Part shown: positions 49,501 to 62,429 of the stretch, piece after piece
How positions within the stretch are numbered: position 1 is the first letter of the stretch
Layout: each line of letters starts with the position of its first letter
NCBI GenBank assembly: GCA_013265495.1
Contig: MU057560.1
Span: forward strand, 570,753 to 634,752
Source of the DNA: Vicugna vicugna
Taxonomy: Eukaryota
Length of the DNA stretch: 64,000 nucleotides
Reading direction: 5' to 3'
The notes under the pieces: generated by a model
Databases searched by the model: none
Told to the model about the DNA's origin: nothing
Seen by the model: only the letters and a program-made list of their open reading frames with translations
Made by a program: the position numbers and the translations under genes

Positions 49501-50768
49501 AATAAAATCAACATATATACGGTGCAGTTATTATAAAAGATAGAGGGGCAATGTTGGTCTTCTTAAAAGAGAGGGTGCTGGATTCTGGATTCTGTCTGTA
49601 TGTCTGTCTGGATTCTGGATTCTAAACCGACAGTGTTTGGAGCTGACGGTGACTTTAGTTTTAAGGCTTTCAGCAGGTGTGAAGGATTTGTCTCTCAACC
49701 CATGGTCACGGGGAACGGTGGCAATTACATGTGTTTCCATGTGCGGGGCCAAGGAAAGGTTTGGGAAGGGTGTCCATATCAGGCACTTGTATCTGAAGAA
49801 ACATTCTTGAAATTGTCTGTTTGGAGCAGATGCCACAGGAAACAGTCACCTGGCTTTCGGCGCTGAGGCAGGAGGCACGGGCCCTTCCCTGTAGGACTCC
49901 CTGCCTCCTCACGGCCACTGTCCAGGTGGCGGCACACAGCGGTCACAGTAACGGGTGAGGGAAGGGAAACCTTCAGGAAGCCTGGTGTCCAAGAGCAAGA
50001 GGAGGAGCTGAGCATCTGGGGATACTGGTTCAATGACAAACCTTAATAAAAAATGACTCTGTCTATCTAGACAGACACCTGCCTAGTGAGGCTCGCATTC
50101 TGGCTGCACCACATCAGCCAGGCATCTGACTTCTGGGTGCTTTCCACTGTCTGCACCTTCAAGTCCGTGTGTGAACGAGGAGGGTCGGGTCCCCCTGGAA
50201 TCTGCCCCTTGCTCTTCTCTGACTGGTCCAGGGGCAGCAGACTTTCCACAAGCGTTGCCCAGGGCACCCTCCTCGCTGTCCCCCAGGCCGGAGACCTCAG
50301 GCTGCTGGACCAGGCAGAGGGGCTGAGCAGCAGCCAGAACACATGCCCACTGGATTCCAGCTCTTTCCATGCCTGGCCCACACAGGCCTCTTGGCAGGGC
50401 ACCGAGTCAGGCATCTGCAGCTGCCACCCTGCAGGAGTCCAGGCGGGGACAGCATCCTCCCAGCAGCGAAGCAGATGGTCTCACCACGCCTCCACAGGGA
50501 GTCTCTTTCCCTGCCCCGAGTGTCCATGGTGTCACAGTCAGTATGCGCTTGTATAATTCCCTCATTATTGAAAAGAAATGGCCTTTTTTACATTAAGCAA
50601 AATTCAGTAAAGTATGATTTTCCAAGGTGAAATAGCATTTTATTCCTGTAATCAGCTTGATTTTTTTCCCTATTGCTGCTATGGAAACACAATACTTTTG
50701 GTGAGAGAAAACGTAGTGCATAGTAAAATAAAAAGTAGAATGTCGTAAGCTGACTATACTCTGATAAA

Positions 50769-50853
50769 TATATATATATGTGTGTGTATATATATATACA
50801 CACACATATATATATAATATATATATATACACAAAATATATATATATACACAT

Positions 50854-50891
<38 letters not shown>

Positions 50892-50901
50892 TATATATAT
50901 A
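50769..50901. repeat. Compound (TA)/(TG)/(CA) microsatellite
   Basis: About 130 bp of mostly alternating purine-pyrimidine dinucleotides. Confidence 0.95.
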
Positions 50902-51559
50902 ATTTTTTTAACATGTAGAATGTCATCAGCAATGTAAATCCTCTTCCCTGGATTCCTTATTGATAATGGATTCCAGCGTCCGCCTGGAAGTGGGAACAGA
51001 GTCTGTGTTCAAATCTGGCAGCTCTGGAGCCTCACTATTCCAAGTCAGCAAGTATGCCTTTCTACAAGGAAGAAAGCTTATCGTGCCTAGAAGGAGATAC
51101 TCATTCAACAAACGTGTAGAGACATTATGTAGGTTGGCATGAATGACGGATGAGTCAAGGTTTCAACTGTCAAGGTGCTGTGATCCCAAAAGGACAACAC
51201 ACATGGGGACAGTGTGGAAGGTGCAAACAGTGCGCTAAGTGGTCTCCAATGAGGAAGGGGCCCAAAACAGTGATGGTTCACTGCTGATGGGGGAGCCGGG
51301 AGGAACGTGAGCAGGGCCAGCTGCACAGAAGAGGAGATGCTTGACTCTTAACGAGCAGGAATTGGATGGATGAATGAGTACTGAAACACTGTCACTAGAC
51401 ATCACAGAAATTCATAAACATTTGAAATCACTGCTGTTCTCCGTCCGAGACTCAAATGACTTCAGTGAGCAAGACAGGAAATGTCCAGCCCAGAAACCCC
51501 ACAGGGCATGTCAGGATGCAAACAGCTGCACAGAACTCGCTCTAACAAATACGAAAAGC

Positions 51560-51810
51560 AAGCTGTGAAATGACCCAACTAACGTTAAGTAATTTTCTGT
51601 GTAACAAACCCAAACACACTATTTAAAGAATAAAACAAAATTCAAGAATCAGTAATGTGAAATTCAGTACGTCCAGCATCCAAAAAAAAAAGGATCAGAA
51701 ATATTAACAAGCAGGAAAATATGATTGGTCACCAAGAGAAAAAGCAATCAATAGGAAAAGATCCAGAAATGGCCAAGATGGTGGAATCTGAGGACGGGAA
51801 CATTAAAGCA
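51560..51810 (+). mobile_element. Old L1M/HAL1-like 5'/ORF1-region fragment
   Basis: aagcaggaaaatatgattggtcaccaagagaaaaagcaatcaataggaaaagatccagaaatggccaagatggtggaat. Confidence 0.6.
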
Positions 51811-52214
51811 TCAAGGATACAGTGAAATATCACATAGACAGTCAGCGGGGAGCCACTGTTAAGAGTCTGGAAAGTGAAGGTTCAGAAGTCACATCCACAG
51901 CTTTTCTACAGTGCTGCGTCTCACCACAGATGATACCTTCTACCTTTACTGTCCGGGAGAAAGCGGTGTCTACACACGCTCCGTCCTCCCCCTGTTTATT
52001 CTATTCATAAATTGTGCGTTGTCCATTTGGCTTTATAACTGATGTGTTCCAGGGTCTTGGACATGAACTCTTGCAGTGGTGAGGACTGATTCCAGGTGAC
52101 TTTTGCACTTTTTTGTTGAAAATCCAGAGAATGTTACCACTGCAACTGAAAAAAAAAGGCAGACTTCATGTAAGTATGGCTTATTTTGTGGATCTCGTCT
52201 CAAATATGATAAAA

Positions 52215-52335
52215 GTGACATCACCAAGATGGTGACATAGGTCATACGCAACTTCACTGCCCCACACAAGAGCAACTAACAACTAACAGCTAACTAACTA
52301 CTCACGGACAAGACACCACTGAGCAAATGCTGAAC
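52215..52335 (+). mobile_element. L1M 5'-terminal fragment
   Basis: gtgacatcaccaagatggtgacatagg resembles the YY1-containing L1M2/3 start gtgacgtcagcaagatggcg. Confidence 0.5.
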
Positions 52336-52721
52336 AATAATAAGCCAAGTTAAGCTGCATATTAAAATACTTTTATTTTATTCTTTTATGGGAACATTTT
52401 CTCCAGTGGTGTCTTTAATTATTTGCTTGCATTGATTTTTCTAGTTTAATTCAAATAACATCATAATTTTAAGATGAGATGTCTGGTCTTTTTTTTTTCC
52501 TTGTATACCATCTTCTTTCTCTTTATTTACTTTCCTTTGGTTTTTTTTATTCATTCTTTAATATTTTTCATTAAATTATCATTTTTCTCTAGTGTCAACT
52601 GGTTTTAAGTGTATCCCAAGCAAACTCTGGTTCTGCTGCTAATTTTTTCCTTTCCCTTTTTTCCTCTTATTCCCTAAATTCAGTTTCTTTTTTATATTTG
52701 TACGTGACCTTTATATTTATT

Positions 52722-53065
52722 AATCTATTAATTCACCCAACAAATATTCATTGCATGCCTTCTACGTGCAGGCACTGTTACAGGCACAGGGAGGTTAGCA
52801 GTCAATAAACAGACAAAAATCCCCGTCTTCATGCAGAGACAGATGTCAAATCAATCAATCAAACCAGACACATTTGTGTCTGTGCTTCTCATCATCAGAT
52901 AGGTGTGTCATCCTCAGGTGATAGTAACTATTTTGGAGGAAGACGTCACTGGAAGGGAGGTAGAGAACAAGCAGCAAACTCCAGGCAGGAGGATTATGAG
53001 ATGCAAGGCCTTGAGGCTTACCTGAGCGACCTGGTCTGCTGAGGAATACCAAGAGTTTGGGGTTC
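52722..53065 (-). mobile_element. L2a 3' fragment
   Basis: caacaaatattcattgcatgccttctacgtgcaggcactgtt...aaacagacaaaaatccccgtcttcatg. Confidence 0.8.
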
Positions 53066-55204
53066 AGGGAACTATCAGATAAAGCCATGTGGGCATGCTA
53101 GCGGTGTCCAGGAAAGAAAGAGCTCACTTCTGACCTTTGCAGAACAGAGGACAAAACATGACCAGAGGCCCTCTGGGCACGGGGGGAGGGAGAGGCTGCT
53201 TCACAGACTGAGCTCAGAAATGCCACTTACCAAATAAAACACCAACAAAAAGCCTCATTGCAAGTGCATTATTATGACGATCTTTATTTTGAAAGCTTCA
53301 CTTCAAGCAATATTGTCAAGCACAGATGCCCAATTCAGTGTGGCTAAGTTTCTACATCTATATTTGCATATACGCCATATGGCAATACCAAAGTATTGCC
53401 CATCCCCTCCTGGGTACCACCTTCAACACACACTCACACACTCACACACACACATTGACAGACACATGCACAGAGACAGGCTTTTCTGTTTCACTTCTGA
53501 CCTGACTCATTCTGACCCTAAGCATTTTAAAAATAGGACACTTAGTATGTTCTAAAAGTCATAAAAGCCAATCTGGATAAAAGATATTCACAAAGGCAGG
53601 CTTCCTGAAGAAATATCATTGAAATCCGTGGCAAATTCTAAGAAAATAAATCAACATCCCACTGAACTCAGAGAACACTCTCATTTAGCTGGGTTTCCCT
53701 GAGGATTTTCATGAGCTGCCCTTCCCAGGGGGCAAGCCCCTCCCGGGGGAGGCACTGCAGCACCTTGGGAGGTGACAGAAGGGTGTGTCAGGACGCTGGG
53801 GACCCAAATGCTCTGTCATCGCTGACCTCTGCCTAACTTCCTTGCAACAGTCTGGTTAGAGCAGCCCTTCCGAGGGGGCTCTGGGCCCTCCCTGGTGTTT
53901 TATGACTCTTAGCTGAAAGATGGATGCTTACGAAAGCCAGCGAGCTTGTAGCGCGCATCGACCCTCCTTACCTGCTTTGTAAACACTGCTTCCACCAGAT
54001 TCTCCATCTATGTATGGGATGTGCGTATTGTGGTTTGCGGAGGATTCAGGACAATCATTGCGGCACCACTCACACACCTACTCTTAGAACTTCCCTGTAG
54101 CAGTGTGCCCTCCTGCAAGAGGTAGCTGGAATGTCTGTAATCACACATGGGGATTCTGGAATACGGGCTCTGAGGCACGCTTGCTGCTTCAGGAAAGGTA
54201 ACCAGGTGGCTTCCTCACCTGGACTCCGTTGATAGTTTATGCTTTTTACTTGATTCACCACTAAGATGCTTGACATGCCCTCCAATTACTAAGATCTCAG
54301 AAAAACTTCATCCATCATTAAAGAAATTCTTATTTTATTTATTTATTTATTTGTTTGTTTGTTTGTTTGTTCATTTTTTACTGAACTAGTTCTAGGGGTT
54401 GGGAGCTGAGCTGACCATGTCCTTTTTCACCTTTACCCTAAAAAGCCTCGCCTGTCTCCATGATTATCATTTGGAAGATGCATGTCAGCATTATCTAAGA
54501 CTTTCTAAGAACACCCATGCCCAGGTGACACCCAAGCTCTATGCCGCTGGGAGGCTCTGTGGGCAGGAGAGCACTGAGAGCTGGCGACGTCTGCTCTGCA
54601 GGATGGCCCAGATACCCAGCCCTCCGTGCCCAAGCCACCACCCCTCACCGTCAGCCCCCTGGAACACCATCGTCTACAGCCCACAGGCTTCGCAATCCAC
54701 GGCTGGAGCTCCTCCAGCGTCTCTGAACACGCAGGGGTGACTCTGATGACTGGGTGTGCACTGTTCCTCGTGAGAATAACCTTGTTTTTGTCTTCTTCCT
54801 GGAAATCTCCCACACGTCTCTCAAAACCAGCTTTGGTCTCTCTGAGGCACATTTAGTCAGCTGTGCCTTACCGTGTAGGTACCACATTGGAGACCTGGAT
54901 GTCTGTTGGCATGTCTGTCCCTCCCCGCATCTTGCAGCGCCTGCTGCCACCAGCGTGCCTCACATGGGGTCTGTGCGGACAGTCCAGGTGGAAGGTCACT
55001 CTGATGAGCAGAGCTGGATTGAGTTCCACCCCTGAAATTTCTGTCTTTAAGGGGCCCACATGCACAGAGAGTCAAGGAACACATGTCTCGGGGGTGAATT
55101 CACGTCTGGTGACTGTGTAAGAGATGCCAGAATTCATAAGGGACAATTCATGAGGGACAATGTTTAATGTCCATTTAAACATTAAAGCACCTCATGATCT
55201 GAGC

Positions 55205-55330
55205 AATGTGGTCCCCATTTATTGTTTGCGAAACTGAAGCTCACAAGGAAAAGCAGCTTCCCCGAAACTGGAGAGGTGGGGCTGGGATTCCAACCTTGAC
55301 GGGTCTGAAGCCGAAGCCCACGGCCTTTCT
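55205..55330 (-). mobile_element. MIR fragment
   Basis: ccccatttattgtttgcgaaactgaagctc...ggggctgggattccaacc...gtctgaagccgaagccc. Confidence 0.65.
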
Positions 55331-58300
55331 AGCTCAAAGGCTGGATGTCCACAGGGAAAACTGATTTTGGAATGAAACAGGGAAGAAGTTGAATCGCAAT
55401 TCAACTTCTCAATTACAGCAGAGTGAGTTAGGATGGCTTCAGTGTGCTTCGCTGTCCTTGAACCTGAGACCCTGCGGGGGCTGGCACTCACCCAAGGGTG
55501 CTCTTCCTCCCGGAGGGGTCACGGCCCGTGGTCTCTGCCCGTTCTGCCTCCCAGGCCTCAGAGCCCCAGCTCCCTGTGGGACTCCCATCACTCCCCGTTG
55601 CCCTGACAACACAACCTGCACCAGCCCTGCCGCCTGCACTGCCATCCCTCTCCCCTTAACGCAGCGCGCTCTGTGCTGAGCCGGCTGGGGGCTGGGGGCT
55701 GCTTGGCCAGGGAGTCAGGACCCTGGCCGAAGCTTCTGGGCTTGAGGAGACGGCCCACCTCCTTGAGCCTCAGTTGGCATCTCACCTGGAGAAGCAGCAG
55801 CTGAGTCAGAACTGACCACCTCTAAGGACCCCTTCTAGCTCCAGAATCCTGAGGGCACATCTGCCGGGGCATTCGCAGCCCCCTCCCCACCCCCAGCAGA
55901 GGGGCTCTTCCCCCCGGGGTCCCTTGCTGCTCACCGGTAGGGCCTGGCCTCCACCTGGGGCTAGGGCGGCAGCCACCTCCCCTGCCTGGACCCCAGGGGG
56001 GCCGGTCTCCCAGCTGCCCAGCCTGTACCGTGAGTGGCCACTTCCTCACGTCTAGTGTAATGTCCTCATTCCTTGGCCCTGATGCAGCCCCAGTTTAGTG
56101 TTTCTCTTAGAGGAATTCATCCCACCGAGAGCTGCAGGAAAGAGGAAGTCCAGCCCTCCAGAGGCTCACTAAGTGGCCAGGAGCCTCCTGCTGCTGTGCT
56201 GGGAGCGCCTACACTCACCAGTTAAGCCCTGAGACAGCTGGGCTGGCAGCACTGGGGACCCACGACAGCAACTGTGGCTTACTGGCCTTGCCCGTGCACA
56301 TGGACACAAGAATGACACCCCATTCTGAGCCCCCATCTTCTCAGCCCAGGGACTCTCCTCCAGCTCACTCCGGTCTCTGCCCCCGCTCCTCCCCCCTCCT
56401 TCCTTCCTCCCCGCTCTGTCGCCCCTTTCTCTTCATTCACCTCGAGGGATCTTCTCCCTCTCTTCCTTCCAGTACTGGTTAGGAAACCAACCCTCGTGCA
56501 TCTGCCTCCGTCCAGCCCCGGCAGCAGGGAGACGACCCCCTCGGGGCCTGCGCAGCCAGCTCCCCGCCTGGGCTCATCCTTTCACTCCTGCGCTCCTTCC
56601 CCCTCCCCCCTCCATGCTTCATCCCCGGATTGTGCCCTGTCAGCGTCTCCCTCCGCATCCCAGTGACAGCAGCAGGAGGGGAGACTATTCTTCTCCCACT
56701 GGAAGAGGAGCCAGCAGCCAGAGGGCAGTAAATTCAGGGACTTTCGATTTGCTAAATAAAATTGGTTCAATACGCACTTGAATGCATTTGTGAATATTAG
56801 CAAATAATCTATGGAACTACTCCGGGCCGTGGTGACGACAGGTCAGTCGGTCACACCTTATTCATCTGCCCCCTTCTTACCTTTCAAATATCTATAGAGA
56901 CGCGGCAGTACACAAAGGACCCGACTTTCCAGAAAAAATTACCCCGAAGAGCGGGGATTGTCTGATTTAAGGGGAAAAAAAAAGATGAATTAGGGGGGAT
57001 GCTGACTAAAAATGAAACAAGCAGACACATAAGCAGGAGCTCACATCTGTGAGAAGAAGGGCATCCCCCGCACAGCCTCGGCCTCCTTGACTCAGAGAAA
57101 GGAGCAAAGGGCAGAGCGTGTTTCGGAAGCAGCCAGAGCCCCGGGGCCCCGCCTCAGAAAGCGCTGCGCTCAGCCGCGTCGGGGCGCTCAGCACGGAGGG
57201 GCCGGGCAGCTCCCGTCATGTGACTCCACCAGGGCTTAGAGCCCTGCTGGTCCCACAGGAAGCTGACAGAAGGGAAGAGAGAGCTCTTGCTTCTAAAGTC
57301 TCGGGATCTGAAAGAGGCATGTGTCAGCCCCACTCAGACTCCCCCGGGAGCCCTGCTCAGTCGCCATGGTCACACAAGGCGGCAAGGGGCGCGGGGAAGG
57401 CGTTATCAGCACCCCACACCCAGTGCACAATGGTTGAATGGAATTAAATAAAACAGTGCTCAGAATACGCTTTGAAAACCAGAGATCTCATTTCAAACGT
57501 TCAGTCTTCTGTTGCGAAAAATAAGGGTGCCAGGTGTCGGAAACACTGGGCGGTTTTTATTCTTACAACAGTTTTCCGCGTCTAAACCACGCTTCACCAT
57601 TTACAAAGCATCTTCTTATATATCTTTTTTTTTTCATTTATTCATTTGGGGAAATTTGCTCTGCAGATTCCCAAGCTGGAGCATTTATGATTTATTAAAC
57701 CCACAGGAGGGACCCAGGTACCTGACTGTACATAGCACTGAAATCGTGAACAAGCTAAGAGGCAGTAAATCTCCGACGGTGGAATATGAAGAAAAGGAGA
57801 TGAAAGAATAAAAGAGGGTGAAAATATATCATTATAAAGCCTTGGAATCCATGGAGACCAGAAGGATGTGCTGCTGAGGGCTTTCTGTGAATGGGCATTA
57901 CTACCGAAACCACACATTAGATGTTAGGATTTTAAACACTGAGGGCCGGGCCAAATGTCATTTTTATTCTTCTTCACAAATAGGGAAAGGTTTTTTAAGG
58001 TCCCTTTAAGTGGCATAAATAGCAGGAGGGACCTAGGAGAAAATCCGCCGTAAGTGGACGGGCCTGCTAATGAGGAGAAAGCCTGCCTCCCCACCAGCCG
58101 TTTCCAAGGCAACGCGCGGACGGACAAGCACCACGTGCTCTGCGCCGCATCCCCGAGCCCCTCCCGCCCAGAAGAGGAAGCAGCGGGGATGGCGGACCAT
58201 CCTGAGCACAACGCCGGAAGTGAGGGAAGCATCCGTGGAAACTCCTGGGCTGCGCCCACCGAGCCAAAGACCTCGGAGGCTCCCACGCAGAGCGGTGCAG

Positions 58301-60537
58301 TTTCTAAAGCTCTGGTGGGAATCTCCTTTGGCCTTTTAGATAGAAGGGGACCCGTTCCTTCATCCTTTATGAATCCTGAATGACAGCATGTTTTATATTT
58401 GCCAGTGACATTGTAAATCATTGTTTCCAGCCTTTCCAAGGGCATCAGAACTGGAGGAGGTGAAGGGTCTTGTCTCAGGGGGTTCTGTGAGCTGCTATGA
58501 GAACGCAGGCATGGACCAGGGGGCCCTTGTCCCTGGGAGACCGGCATTTAGAGACAGATTAGGAAGAGAAGCCAACAGACTGAGAATCCAGCGCAGGAGG
58601 AAGAGTTTAAGCGGCGGGGTCTGTGGAGTCCTTGGGGCGTCCAGGCGCATGACTGTGGCAGCCGGGACCGGAAGATGCTTCTAGAAAGCAGAGATCGCAA
58701 GACAGGATGACCAATGAAAAGGCTGTAATAATTGTCAAGAAAAAATGGCAAGGGCATAAAATAGAGCAGTGCCTTTCAGAATAGAGAGGAGTGGGCAACA
58801 GTGAGAAACACCACAGAAGTACAATGGACCAGGCGAATTTGTCATCTTGTTTTTTCTTTTTCTTTTTCTTTTTTTTTTTTAGGTTTAAGACTGATCATCA
58901 AACGCCTGATTGCAGAAGTAATGCGATGTGACTAATGGTTTTGCATAATGAATGGCCTTGGTATCAGCCAGCAGGAAGCCAGCTTTGGAGGAAAAATCTT
59001 TCAGTTCTCAAGTATGTGAGGCCCTGACTTCTGATTCCAAATCCCCCACCCCCAATGCCTTCTGCAGAAGCATCTCAAAGAAGCCAGGAGACACAGAAGA
59101 GATCCTGCAGAAGTGAACATAGATCCCATCTTTGCAGGAAGCTTAGCTATCTCATTATAAAGTTATCTCCCCTGGCACAATATTGCAGAATTTCAGCCAA
59201 AAACATCTGTATCTTTCTTATTGAACATCTCTTAACACAGAGATTTTTCTGGAAGTTGCAACCTGTCGAGATGCAAACAGATTTAAGTGTTCAAAATAGA
59301 AAGTCATCCTAATTATGCAGGAAGATAATCAAGGGCTAGACATGCGAATCATTTTCAAAGTTCTTAAAAAAGAAAGGAGGAGAGTTACAGATGAAAAGAA
59401 AATATGGGTTGAATGTATGTATTTCCTGTTCACTCTGTCTGTGGACTTTGCTGCCAGTACTTAGGAAATTTCAATGACAGAGAAGCCTCAAGTAAGACGT
59501 CAGCGTGGCTGGACTATTTGCTTTAACTATATAATCCAACACAGCAGGATGAGGAAGGACTGGGGGCAGGGGGCTGCCCGAAAGGTGATGCAAGCATCAT
59601 GAAACACCAGCCATGCGGCTCAGAGAAAGGGTTCCAGTCTGGAAGCCTTTGCTTCTTGTCCTGTGAAAAGATAAATACTTCTACAAGGAGAGGCAGCTAA
59701 AACCTAGCAAATGTTTGATACCCAAAGATTTTCAAAATCTTCTCAAATCTCTAAACTGGTGATCTTTCTTGCTGATATGTATTCAAATCTGCTCTGTGCT
59801 AATCTGTATGTGGTGGTGTCTTAACCCTCAAAACAACGCACTATGCAACATTCTTTTTCTGTTTTTCAGAAAAAGCAAATGACCTTTATTTAAAAAAAAA
59901 GAGTAATTTTATCAGCTTCTGTAGGACGGGCAGGCATGACAAATGATCAGACTGGATTTTTTCGCCCCTCCTTTTTTTTTTTTTACAGCCATTTCTGGTT
60001 CTCTGCACCTGATATTTGACATCCAGGACGTGTGAGACGTTGCTAATTAAAACTGAAAGTAGTATTTTAATAAAAAGAGAGGAAAAGAGACCGGAGAGCT
60101 TCACTTTTTATCACAACGCTGGGTGGAAAATGTGCTTCTTTTTAAACACAACTGGTGTTAGGCATCCAGCCTCCCTGAGTGACATTCCGCCTCATTTGGC
60201 CACGTCAGGCCTCAGCTCGGAATAAGAAACAAGAGAATATGTTTTTTCCATCAGTGGCGGAGGGAGATTGACATTTAAAATGGCTGCTCTGATGTTAATG
60301 TTGTGAAACCCCCTTCCTTTCTAAGTGACCTGTTTGAATGCAGCAGCTGTCAGTCTGTTTCATCTTCGCCTGCCAACATTTATCTTGTCAGAGCTCATAT
60401 GAGCTGGCGGAGCTGACACGGTGAGAGGGACAGGTAATTGAGAACCGAGAGACGGAGCTCTTTGGAGGACTGCATGTTGGCAACGTGACCTGCCTGGCCC
60501 AGGAGGTGGCCTGAGAATGCCTGTATCTAGAATTTCT

Positions 60538-60631
60538 TCCTTCCTTCCTTCCTCCCTCCCTCCCCCCCTTTCTCCCTTTCCTTCTTCCTTTTCTTCTTTC
60601 TTTCTTTCTCCCTTTCTTTCTTTCTTTCTCC

Positions 60632-60670
<39 letters not shown>

Positions 60671-60781
60671 TCATTCTCTTTTTTTTTTCTTTTTTTTGCA
60701 AGCCCACCAGTCAGAATGGCCATCACTGAAAAGGGTGTGGAGAAAAGGGAACCCTCCTACGCTGCTGGTGGGAACATAATT
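60538..60781 (-). mobile_element. Short L1-mediated insertion: tail-derived (TTCC/TTTC)n tract plus inverted L1 ORF2 fragment
   Basis: Perfect 10-bp direct repeat tagaatttct at 60528-60537 and 60782-60791; pyrimidine tract to about 60698; then plus-strand L1 sequence caccagtcagaatggccatc...gggtgtggagaaaagggaaccctcctac. Confidence 0.75.
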
Positions 60782-61039
60782 TAGAATTTCTGATGAGGCT
60801 CACTGCTGGCATTCTCCACCACAGACCTCTGCAAATGAGTCAAAGACTGTGCGAAATTCAGAAATCATGACATCTGAACTTATTACTCTGACTAAGGCCC
60901 CTGCGAGGATTGAGCGTGTGCTCGGAGTGTTCTGAGGCAGTGAGAATTTTATGATATTCTTTTTAGTAAATGTAACATTTGATGTCACTTCATATTTTTA
61001 ATTTTAATTTTTTACCTCATTTGTGTCTGTACTTCTAAG

Positions 61040-61560
61040 CGCTTATGACGTTTCCCATTACAAAATACTCAGTGCTGTACATTCGGAAAACAAAGACAAG
61101 CAGGAACAAGAAGTTGTCAGATCAGCGCAGTGCCACGCTCCAGAACAATAACGACTGGCGTTTGTGTGCACTGTCACTCCAAGTTGTGTGTAGAGACTTA
61201 CTGATACTTAATGTGGATGTCATCAGACTGTAACTTTGCCTCCTGTTCTTTTATTGTTTATTATAATATAAATCCTTTCATATTGTTATTACAAACTTAC
61301 CGTAAACATGCTTTAAATGACTGCAGAATTATCTCCCCGTAACTTACTTCCCTGGGACCCTCATTACCCTATTGTTGGACATTCAGACTGCTTGCAGCTT
61401 TTCAGTTACACGTATGCAGCAAGAAACACTTGCACAGAAAGGCGATTCAGTTCTTTGGGTAATTTCTTAGGCCACGCTGTCAGCAATAAAACGATCAGGT
61501 CAAAGTGTTTAAAATTTTCAACAGGCCTTGGTCCCTGCAGCCAAATTGCCTTCCACTAAG
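61040..61560 (-). mobile_element. L1ME4-like fragment
   Basis: ccctattgttggacattcagactgcttgcagcttttc...caggtcaaagtgtttaaaatttt...gccaaattgccttcca. Confidence 0.65.
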
Positions 61561-61819
61561 ATTTCATGAGACAACTGGTGTGTATTAATAGAATTTTGAC
61601 ATTTTATATACGATGTATATATTTATAGTGTCAAATGGATGTGTATGTGTATATATAGCTAATTAAAACAAAGTAATATTTTAATGAAAAAGACTAGAGG
61701 AGAAATTTACCTTCTGTCACAACACCAAGTGGAAAATGTGCCTCTTTTTAAACACAATCGGTCTTAGGTTTTATATATACACACACATACGTAGTGTCAT
61801 ATATATACGTATTTTAAAA

Positions 61820-61975
61820 ATAGTTTATTTGTTTATTATGTATCGTATAATCAGTTTATTTTGGTGGGAGGAGGTAATTAGGTTTGTTTGTTTTTAGAGG
61901 AGAAGCTGGGGATTGAGCCCAGGACCTCGTGCAGGCTGAGCACGTGCTGTACCGCTGAGCTACACCCTCCCCCCC
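61820..61975 (-). mobile_element. Camelid tRNA-derived SINE (vic-1 type), second copy
   Basis: ggaggtaattaggtttgtttg...ctggggattgagcccaggacctcgtgcaggctgagcacgtgctgtaccgctgagctacaccctccccc; same family as 21882. Confidence 0.9.
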
Positions 61976-62429
61976 ACATACATATTTATATAGTGTCAAG
62001 TAGACATCCTGGGTTGTTTTAGAAAATATTGTCACTGTATTCATTTCATTGATTGAACCTACATGATGGCTTTTCTAATGGAAATATTATCAGTTAAAGC
62101 AGAAGTGCCTTTGCTGGAAGGCTATGCAGCCGGTCCGACGGGCTTGGCTGGGTGCACCCCTGGGCACCTGACCTAATTATTTCTCGAGGAGCCTCTCGGG
62201 GAGCACCCCGCTTCCTGAGAATCACCTGCTCACTGATTTACTAGTTCACGTGTTCGCTGGTTTGGCAAACCCGCGTGTACGCGGTGCTGAGACGCCAGGC
62301 GGGAGCCGGGGAAGCGGGCTCCTGAGTTCACCAGGGCGGCCGGCACGTGGAAGGACAGCCGCTCGTGAGCCCCGGCCGGCCGCTCAGCAGGTGTCTGTGG
62401 GGTGCAGTGACCGCTGGGCACAGGTGGCA

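Noticed and set aside
45985..50910. Similarity between the two TA/CA compound microsatellites as a duplication
   Set aside because: Low-complexity convergence; flanks are unrelated
60360..60729. K/E/R-rich and F/L/S-rich ORFs
   Set aside because: Translations of the (TTTC)n microsatellite
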